Positions 53,743 through 64,000 of a stretch of 64,000 nucleotides of DNA are shown here, piece by piece. This DNA is from Chrysomallon squamiferum (Eukaryota; Animalia; Mollusca). The stretch is taken from positions 62,001 through 126,000 of the forward strand of contig CM022668.1 in the NCBI GenBank assembly GCA_012295275.1. Direction: 5' to 3'. Below the pieces are notes generated by a model. That model saw only the letters and a list, made by a program, of their open reading frames with translations. It was not told the DNA's origin and made no database searches. The first letter of the stretch is position 1; each line of letters begins with the position of its first letter. A program made the translations under genes and the position numbers.

Positions 53743-55741
53743 AATTTATAAACTGATTATGTTGAAAAATACAAACCTTTGCTAAACTAGCAGTGAATAA
53801 AACACATTCAAATAATTCACCCATTTTTTGTAGAAACTCATCTACATAAGGCCGCTTTAAAACATAGACCTGTAAAAATAATATAATTAAATAACAGAGT
53901 CCTACCTTGGATATCATTACATTAAATGTATTTAATCACACAGGTATAAGAGAAAGCTGCTAAATTTAACACAAATGATTCAAACTGCCATTTGGAAACA
54001 CTACAAAACTCTTTAAGCCTTGTTCAGATATTTTTTTCTGAAATTTGTTTCTTCATGATAAGAGCAATCTGCAGGTCAAAACAAGGATTAAATGAAACAT
54101 CAACACAAACTACCATAAAAACAAATAATGCTGTTGTAAATTTTTCAATTTTTAGATTCTGATGGTATAAGCTACATTAATCTAGCTTTCTGCTGGTATT
54201 TATTTTTTAACATAGGTTAAGGATTAAAATAATTGATTTTTTATTCCAAGTCAACTCTGCAAACTAATATCATTGTTACTAATATGCAGCTTAAAAAGCT
54301 GTGAAGATATGGAGTATCATCAAAATAAATTTTATGACATGTGAATATCTGCATATATCAAAAGGTCCAAAATGTGACTGAAGTTTAACATTCACAAATA
54401 TGTATCTGCAAATATGTCAACAGAGTTTTACTTACTTGATGTACTGTTCCATCTATTTCAACAGGTACAATAAAGTCAGCATTGCTTATCGGCTAAAAAA
54501 GTGTAAAATAACATTAAAAATACGTGTTTGTGTGAACTGTAGTATGTATGTGTGTGCAGATGTGTATTTTACATCATTTGTTTTTGAATTTATGATTATG
54601 TGCCTTTGCCTATATTAAAAATAAGAATAATGAATATATTAATGTTATATGATAAACTTACCTGTTTTGATGCAGACATATGTGAAATAATGAATATGTG
54701 TTACTAAATTTATAAATATGAACATTAACATTACTGAAACACACTGATGCTCATATTGCTATTTTTAGGTCTTACAACTGCATATGAGTAAGTCATGTAA
54801 TATCTGACAAGTCTTGTCTATAAGCCCCCCACCATCCCCGTAAGTCAGTTTACACTGATCTGGCAGCTTATCTCCCAGTGATCATTTACAATCATCACGT
54901 AACTTTTCTCTCACCCCTATCTGCCCCTGGTCTTTTTTCTTCCTTCTTTTTTTTCATAAATGGAATTAAAAAAATTAATGTGTTTTAATTTTGTTGCTTG
55001 TTACTTGGCCTGGACATTTTTTATATATTTTTTTTTATACATAATTTTATAAAAGCATCTTTTATTCAGTTAGTAGTATTTCATTTTTATTTTAATTGTA
55101 TCTAATGTTTCATTTTTTAATATGTATTCAGTAATCCAACTTCATTCTCATAATGCTGAATTTTAAATTTTATACCAATAACTTCTTACTGAAATTTGTT
55201 ATCCTACTGACCTTAAATGAACTGTGAACTAGGGTTTCATCTAGATCAATCACAACGCATTTCTTATCCATTTCTTGATGCCGAACTGGAGGAAGTAGGG
55301 CTCTTTCCATTGGCTGAAATACAAAAAAAAAATGTTGTATCATTATCTATGCAGCTCTGTTGTACTATAGCTGAATCAAAAGCAGTGTTATGTTAGATTC
55401 ATAAGCTAAATTATAGACAGGTTTTTCTGTGTTTTTTTATAGTTCAAAACAAAGCAAAACTGGCTTCATAAAGAGATAGCAAGTGCATATGTTGTTGTTT
55501 TTAATTTCTCTCTCTCTCTCTTATACTGTGACTGAAACAAGGAAGATATTTTGAACAATACACTGAACACATTTTTATTTGCATTTACACATTACTGATC
55601 ACACATATAGTCAAAAAATCTGCTGCTATGTATATTTGGTTATTGTTTTGTTTTTTTAATGGCAATAAGGATTCATTTATATACAGTTTTCCACATATAT
55701 CAAAGAACATTCTATAACCTTTATTTATTTATATATTTATT

Positions 55742-55810
<69 letters not shown>

Positions 55811-58800
55811 TAATCAGTCCAAATATAATTCACCATTAATTTATGGGTCATTCCGTGTCAAATCACCCAATGGTTTAAACCCGACCGTCTCAGATTTTTA
55901 TGAAACTTGGTATACTTGTTGACTGGGATCCCACAGCACCAAATCTGAAATATTAGCCCAATCAGACCATTGGTGTGGGAGATATGGCCCACGGAATTTT
56001 GAGATTTTTAATTGACCACCAACCTTAGAACCCTCATATCTCAGGAACTACTGGGCCAATCTTCATAAAATTGGTATTGTTAGAAAGGCAAAATGACAAG
56101 GATACCAAATCTGCCATTTTTGTTTAGTTTGGAAAATATTGGAGTACCTTGACCTTTTGACCTTTGCTATGACCTTGAAATTGACCGTGTGGATCACGTG
56201 ATCTTGAGATGACCTTTATTGAAATTTAATCTCCCACATGTTAACTAAAACATATAAAAGTTTCCTGGGTGTAATATTTTTTGTTTAGCCACAATATAGA
56301 TTTAAAAAATGCACATACATGAAAATAACACCTTTTCAGCCATTAACATCTGATTAACTAAAACCTGAATGATCAATTCTGGATGCTAGGAATCACCATC
56401 TCTCTTAATCATCGAGTAAGACATTGTAGGCCTACATGTATGCATAAAGTTCACATATAAAAGTTTCCTGGGTATAATATTTTTTGTTTAGCCATAATAC
56501 AGATTTAAAAAAATGCATACCTGCATGGATGATTGATACAATGCATTACAATGTACATTTTCTCTGAGACTAAAAATTCATCTTTGGAGTTAAAACCCAC
56601 CTGACATGTCTGAAGGAATGCCTGAAGGATAGGAAAAGATGCCAAATGGCATGACATGTTCTACACAATCAGGCTCAAAGGGTTAACAGGAAGTGATGCT
56701 TCAGGCAGGTCAGGAAGTCCTTTAGATTCCCTGGTGCAATTTTGAGCACATGGTAATTTGAAGTTTAAGACAAAGAAGTTTCTTCATCTGCATTTCTTTG
56801 ACAATCTGAAGCTTTTTAAGTTGGACACAATGTCAGATGTTGATACATAAACAATATTTTTATTTCATAAAACCTATTAAGTAATTGTATCATGTCATGT
56901 GGGCCTTGCCATTGGTTTTGAACAAGGCTTCAGTCAACAACAGTACAACCCAGTCTGAAATCAGACATCATCAAGTGATGTACTGCATAATGTATTTGTA
57001 CACCCAGTCTTGGCACAGAGTATGAACAAGGTCTACTTCACCTTAATAAACTGTGATTTATACTTGAGAAGATTGACATAAATGCCCAAGACTTGTGGGC
57101 CTTTGGCAATAACACATGTACTCTGCTGCCATTTTATGACCTGCTTAACTTTACTGAAAGGGTTTCAGGATTTGATTTAATATTTAGGAAAGCACTGACT
57201 TTGTTCTATTGAATTGAAGGTGCAGGCCAATACTGAAAATCCTTATTTCTTCCAGAGCTAACTGCAGCTTTAACTCTCCTGAAAATGTGTGTTATCAACA
57301 CCATCATATCAAAAAAAGGAGTTGTGTTCAAAAGTGTATGGAAAACTGAGGAAATCGAACTCCTCACTCTTTGAAGTGGGATCAAAACCCGGGACATCAA
57401 GAGTATCATGAACAAGAACTTTTCATCAAATTTTCAACATCGCAGAAAAACTGTTGTGATCCCCTTAATCGCCACCCTGAGCAAGCACGCACTAGATCTT
57501 TAAGAATTGTTAGCATGGGCACTTACAAATGCTTAGTAAATCCTCCAAAGACACTAGTGCCAGGAGACAAGTTGTGCTGTGACTGTCTGATTACCCTTCA
57601 GAAATCAAAGGTCCTGCAGAGGATGGCTTTAGTATGGGTGGTATTACAATGGGAGAATTTGGTGATAACTTGCCAGACAAACCACTGGTTGTTGTTTCCC
57701 TAGAAAAGGACTTTGATTTGAATTCTATTCTGTTGAGTTTAGGCGAAACTCCTGTCAAACTCCATTCACTAGCGCATTCCAGTAAATGAATGAAAGGACA
57801 GAAAAAAACTAGCATCAGCTACAGTAACATTAAAATGACATCTTAATGTCTGAATCCTACACAGAGCGTGTGCAAATCTTGATTTTGTCACCCTTTACCA
57901 TTGAAAGGACAATGAATTGAAGGAGGAAATAATCCAATTTTATGAAAGTGATGAGAACAGTAGAATGTGTCTGGGAATGAAGGATACAGTGAGCATTTGA
58001 AACAAACATAGTGAGAAGGTTAAGCATCAGAAACACCTAGTTCTCTCAAATTTATGTGAACTTTATGCATACATGTAGGCCTACAGTGTCTTACTCGATG
58101 ATCAAGAAAGATGGTGATCCCTAGCATCCAGAGTTGATCATTCAGGTTTTAGTTAATCAGATGTTAATGGCTGAAAATGTGTTATTTTCATGTATGTGCA
58201 TTTTTTAAATCTATATTATGGCTAAACAAAAAATATTACACCCAGGAAACTTTTATATGTTTTAGTTAACATGTGGGAGATTAAATTTCAATAAAGGTCA
58301 TCTCAAGATCACGTGATCCACACGGTCAATTTCAAGGTCATAGCAAAGGTCAAAAGGTCAAGGTACTCCAATATTTTCCAAACTAAACAAAAATGGCAGA
58401 TTTGGTATCCTTGTTATTTTGCCTTTCTAACAATACCAATTTTATGAAGATTGGCCCAGTAGTTCCTGAGATATGAGGGTTCTAAGGTTGGTGGTCACAC
58501 CCATTTTTGGCAAAAATCTCAAAATTCCGTGGGCCGTATCTCCCACACCACTGGTCTGATTGGGCTAATATTTCAGATTTGGTGCTGTGGGATCCCAGTC
58601 AACAAATATACCAAGTTTTATAAAAATCTGAGACGGTCGGGTTTAAATTTCTTTTTTTTTTGGGTGATTTGACACGGAATGACCCTTATTCATTTATTTG
58701 ATTAAATAAAACTGCATTTCATTAATTTAATATTCCTAATCAAAAACCAAACAGACAGGTGAGAGATTAATGTAACATATGGCTGTTGTATGACATATCT

Positions 58801-59004
58801 GTTTTGATAACTGAACAATACACATTCTACTGACAACAAACACACAAATGTTTAAGCATTCAGCCATTTCAGATGAATATTGCCACTGATATTACTAAAA
58901 TTAATATAAAAAGAGAAAATGTTTCAAAAAGACTGAAGAAAATAATATTTTTTACATTATTCAATATTCTCATCTTTCGAGTGTTTGCATGTGCCTTTGT
59001 GTGT

Positions 59005-59058
<54 letters not shown>

Positions 59059-59609
59059 CTATACCAATGTTTCATGTGCTATTTAAGAGGCCATCACTTT
59101 TGAAACAGGAATCACAATGGCTTCTGTTTAGCTGTGATCAGAGAAAGTTGTTACAAGAATATCTTTTTTTTATAATGAATCTTCTCATAAACAAGTAAAT
59201 CATACGAGTCTGGTAGTGACAATCTAGCTAACAGGTTGCTGATTATACAGTGAAGTACAGATTTCACTGTCTTGCACATTTCAGACACATGCTCTAACCA
59301 CTGTACCTACCTATATAACCCTGCATTCTTCTATTCCTTCTTTGTGAAAGCATTTACTAAGTCATTAAACCTATTATTTTTTCTCTTTCCAGAATCAAGT
59401 TAATTTAATAAATTCATACATCCTTTCTAAACAAACCTTGCACCACCATCTGTTACTCACCTTCGGATTGCCATTTTCCTCAGCCTGAGGCACTTGGCAG
59501 TTATTTTGTGCATTGTTGTTGTTGTTGTTATTGTTGTTCCCAAAACAACAGAAAAATGAGCTGAACAAACTACGACTTCGTGGCTTCTTCAAAGATTCCG
59601 TTGACGAAA
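51638..59609 (-). CDS. CTDSPL: CTD small phosphatase (SCP/CTDSP1-2-L co-ortholog, FCP1/NIF HAD phosphatase), 5'-partial
   Basis: Exons (minus): 59609-59461 ([16 protein letters not shown]), 55313-55212 ([16 protein letters not shown], DxDxT catalytic motif), 54492-54436 ([19 protein letters not shown]), 53869-53777 ([20 protein letters not shown]), 53296-53198 ([25 protein letters not shown]), 52465-52379 ([23 protein letters not shown]), 51781-51638 (VPVSSWFDD..stop). All junctions are GT-AG. The start-codon exon was not found and is presumably beyond 64000. Confidence 0.96.
55845..58685 (+). mobile_element. Sola2-like DNA transposon, defective, in CTDSP intron
   Basis: 4-bp TSD TTAT (55841-44 and 58686-89), GGG...CCC termini and highly similar TIRs of about 610-630 bp (55845-about 56457 / about 58053-58685). 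Transposase remnants are [21 protein letters not shown] (57450-57587) and [25 protein letters not shown]...[15 protein letters not shown] (57920-58070). Confidence 0.85.
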
Positions 59610-62600
59610 CTTAAAAATAAAACTTTAGTAATTAGTATTTTTATTAATTTAACAGTAAAACAGAAAATTACTTCAGTGTGTATGAATGCGTGCCCCTGTT
59701 TGCATAAAAGTGAGAGTTGACAAAAAAGAGACATTATTAATGATTATCAAAATATTATATTACTCTCAACAGTAGTCATTACAGGTAAATACAAGTAAAA
59801 TGAATACTTTCTGTGTCTAATGCTCAGGTGAAAAAAAAGAAAAACAGTATTAGTTTCAGTTACATATGTTTCTACAATTTATGGACATGTAAAGTAATGT
59901 TTATTAAAGATTAATTCAGTAAGCAGTATAATCTTCATACATCATAAACATCTGTTACAAGTAAGTGAAAAATATATCTAAACTGGTTAACAATATTACT
60001 GTGTTCACAGACACAATTTAAATACAAGTAAGTCAATTTATTTATACCATTATAATATATATTAACACTTAATTTTATACATTTTAACAAAACTTAAAAT
60101 GTCATTAATTCCACTTGTTTTGACAAACATTAGACTGTATATAGATCAATTCAGTTATACCACTGCAACAAATTTTTAGACAATTTAAATTATTTAATTT
60201 AAAAAGCTTAATTCAGTTTATTAATAAATATTGATTTTTAACAGAACATCAAGTAATTTTAACAGTTTTACTTTAGTTAAGCCATTTAGTTATACACCAA
60301 TACGAAATCAGTCTTAAAGTCTTAAATGTTTCAGAAGAAAATGGTAATGAAACTTCTTTCTTTTTTTTTTTTAAGGTACATATTAAAGTAATAATAATAA
60401 ATAAAAAAACACTCACACCTGAAACAGAAAAGAATAAAAATATTTGGCATTCACACATACAATTACAATACATGAAAATTAACACACACATACACAAGCA
60501 CACACACACACACATATATATTCACATACAAACATATACATACATACACAGACTTTCATCACAACCATTTAAAAAATGCATGTACACACAGACAATAATA
60601 AAAATGTGTCTACCTTTTGCAAATCTCATCAGCCATTTGGCAAATAAGTATTGAACTCGCAAGACAAGACCAGCCCAACAGCTAGATGGATGTTCATCCA
60701 TATTTGATTTATCTTAGAAAATATACATTTGTTAACATTTGATAAAACCTTTATCTCCATTAGATAAGTCACATGAGCAACATTCCTTTCATTTCAGAAG
60801 AAATAAGTCATCTATTCCATGGATTAGTTTCCTTCTGTATCAATATACTATACATTTTTATTTATATTTATATATATAGAGGTCACACTGACAATCAAAT
60901 CCACAACTAGCCAAACAAAAATGCTTTTATAGATGCAAATGACAATGACAGGATAACCAGCAACCAATGAGGAACCAGATACTATAAAAAGTAGTGTTAC
61001 TATTATGTGTTTAATCAATTTCTGTTCTACTTCACAGCACAAATCCACCTGGAGCCCTAATAGCTGTAAATCATTTTAAAAAAAGAAAGAAAGAAAAAAT
61101 ATATATAATATAATCTAATGCAACTAGTTTAAACAGTGCAGATTAATTTTGTTTGATTATTGTTGCTGCTGCCTTGCTGTAAAAAAAAAAATATATATAT
61201 ATATAAATATTAGAAAAAATTAATATTTAATATTTTACTATCAACAGATAACTGATGTCATAAAATGTTTAACAATCATATCCAAGTAGAAACTGCAAAG
61301 TCATTTTATAGTTAACCCTTGACATATGAACTAATTTTGGACAAAAGTGATACATAATAATATTTAATCAAGTACTAAAATTTAAAAAATAATAATAAAA
61401 AAAATAATTTAAAATCCTTTTTAAACATTCATATATGGAAGAATTAGTTGCTATGAGGAATTTTTTTTTTATGCAAATGTCTTTTATAAACATCTCATTA
61501 CTCTTATTATTATTATTATTATTATTATTATAAATGATCCTAAAATTAACTTGTTTACAGTACCTGTAACTATATCTATATACAACTAGGAATAGAGACA
61601 AATCAATACTAGAACAAGCATGAGCAGGGACTAAACAGAAAAACATTATAAAATAGCGCTAGTATATTCCAGTTATTTCTGACTTCACTGGATACAGGAA
61701 GAGTTTCTCTCTTCTTTAAATTGTGGATAAAACTGTGTACATCAAAGAGAGAAATTAAAAATATTACCAAATATTGTTAATATGTACCAGTTATTTATGA
61801 GTCAGAATATTTATAATAAAAAAATAACACATATTTTAAAAAATGTATCTGTGTGTGTGTGTGTGTGTGTTTCTACATGTGCGTGGGTGCATGTGAAACA
61901 AGAATTCTAATCTTCATTAGATACAGGAAGAGTATCACTCTTCTTTAAATTGTGAATAAAGCTGAGCATACACTCAAAAAATAGGACAGCTAAAGAATTA
62001 GCATTAGTAAGAAGGCAATCTTTCCTTAACTACACACTATAGTTTTTGACAATTCATGAGAAACTGTCTAGATTAGGAAATAAACCAATTTTAACACCAA
62101 CAAGTCTGGGATCTACAACCCATCACACAGATCTCTACATCAGCATATTAGTTATTACAATAGTTTAATTTTCTTTCTTTTTAAATACTGAAGAATATGT
62201 TATATTATCTTTTCATGATTAATTCACTTTAACTATTAAAATATATGAAGTATGACATTAGCAATTACTGAGATCATATTGCCTAACATATATGCAATTC
62301 AATACTTTAATATTTTAATCAGATACATGCATTGTACTATATAAACAACAATGTACTGACATATATCTATTTCTGTTTACTCTGTTTAGAAAGATGGGAT
62401 AATGTTAACTGAATTCTACAATCACATAATTATTTGAATTATGTATGTCCATGTATATACATTGTTGGCTATAAATATATATGTAAGATTTACAGAAAAA
62501 CATAATCAGATAATGACATATAATACATCTACAGTAATTCTAGAATGCTTACCGCTACTTTATACAAAAATAATTAATAATAAAAATAATTTTAAAAACC

Positions 62601-64000
62601 CTGTCTAATACAGACATATATATGTAGGGCCATGTATAAGGTGTCTTTTCATCAAAGGGGCAAAAACCAACTTTACAATCTTTATTCACATATATCACAC
62701 CAGTACCCACAACAAATATAGGAAGTATCACAGTTTTCTCTTCAAATACAATTCCTAATATGCACAATGCTGAATGTAAATGAAACTTATTTTGCACATA
62801 ATAAATTTTGTAGCAATAAGGTATAGTTATGTTGTTTTTTTTAAATGTGTTTGAAACCAAAACAGTTTCGATTTGTGCCAGCCACTCTATCTTTTCAACC
62901 TCAAAAATCTGCTAAGATGTGATATTTATAAAACAAATATAAATGGACTGATGTTGAATGTTTGATTTATCAAAATTATGTTCCAAATAGTTTGAACTTC
63001 CAGTGTTTGATGATTGCAGTTTGCTGGCTCTTGTGAGTTGACAAAAACAACACTCCCTGCAGGCACTGTGCAGTGCAGAAAATGAGCAGTGTTATCTTTA
63101 CAAATATTTTATAAAGCTGCAATACAACAATAAAAGTATTTATTTTGGAGAAAACTAATCCAAATCAGTATAACTGTTCACTTTAGCAGTGGAATAACAA
63201 TTAAAAATATGCTGTTTTTGACCACTTTTGGTAGATTGCCGCTGATATAAGGGATATATCCACTGAAAAACAATCAGGACTGAGAAAAGCATCTGTGTGT
63301 TACAGGTGGCTGTTCACCTCAGAGGCCAATAAATACAGGTGCAACTGTAGATTTAAAAATATATATACTAAATTATACATATTTAAAAAATATTTCAGAT
63401 AGGTTAATAATAAATTTGCTACATAAATTACCCAGCAATAAATGAATAAATGAATGATATGCACAAAATATATGAAATGAATGCATGATAAATGAAAAGT
63501 ATAAAATATATGATAAATGAAAAGTATAAAATATATGAAAAATGAATGAATAATAAATTAATAAAATTAATAATAATATGAAGTAACTGAGTAATTTGAC
63601 AATATTAACTACTAAAATATTAATACACCTTTCTGTTTTGTTATTTGAAAACAAACAAAAATCAACATCTGTCAACATCCCTCTATTCAGTAAAATTATA
63701 ATTTGGACAAAATGTTAATACTAAAAAAAACTTGCTTTCTCTGACAAAATTACAAAATAAAATAATTAGAGATCACTGAATATTTGTTCTTTATCAGCTG
63801 ATAACTGAACTGTGTGTGATACTAACCCATTAACCTTAGTTATCATTATTAGATGTTGTATGTACACTAAGTTATCTCTCGTTGATATATATATTATTAC
63901 CTCTCCATGTAAACATATCAAAATATAAGTGATTTCAAGTCATGTGGTAACAATTATACTATACAGTTTAAAGTCCTCAGTAATTAGAAAATCTTTGATC

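Noticed and set aside
51638-64000. Intronic miR-26 hairpin, as hosted by vertebrate CTDSP genes
   Set aside because: No TTCAAGTAAT-containing hairpin on the gene (minus) strand was recognised, and miR-26 is a vertebrate family.

Overview
AT-rich, microsatellite-dense animal genomic DNA with spliceosomal introns. It is probably an invertebrate, possibly a gastropod mollusc (inference). Most ORF-track entries are microsatellite artefacts, so the real genes were rebuilt by hand from splice sites and reading phase. (1) A small gene at about 10.4-11.9 kb encodes a secreted Trp/His/acidic-rich peptide. (2) Two convergent paralogous type-I membrane protein genes are built from a repeated 4-exon cassette of [uromodulin/GP2/OIT3-type D8C-like domain + odd-Cys half-EGF linker + EGF]. 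Gene A (+, 15070-26434) has 2 cassettes, about 535 aa and a short Tyr-motif tail. Gene B (-, 43004-29997) has 3 cassettes, about 1140 aa and a 534-aa tail with poly-Glu, nine CxC/CxxH/CxxC motifs and a C-terminal PDZ-type motif. (3) Seven coding exons of a CTD small phosphatase (SCP/CTDSP family; -, 59609-51638) are present, with the first exon outside the window and probably a very long 3' UTR. (4) There are many DNA-transposon relics: Merlin, hAT, Tigger/pogo MITEs, a Ginger/KRBA2-type integrase and a 2.8-kb Sola2-like element with about 610-bp TIRs. No RNA genes or CRISPR arrays were found.
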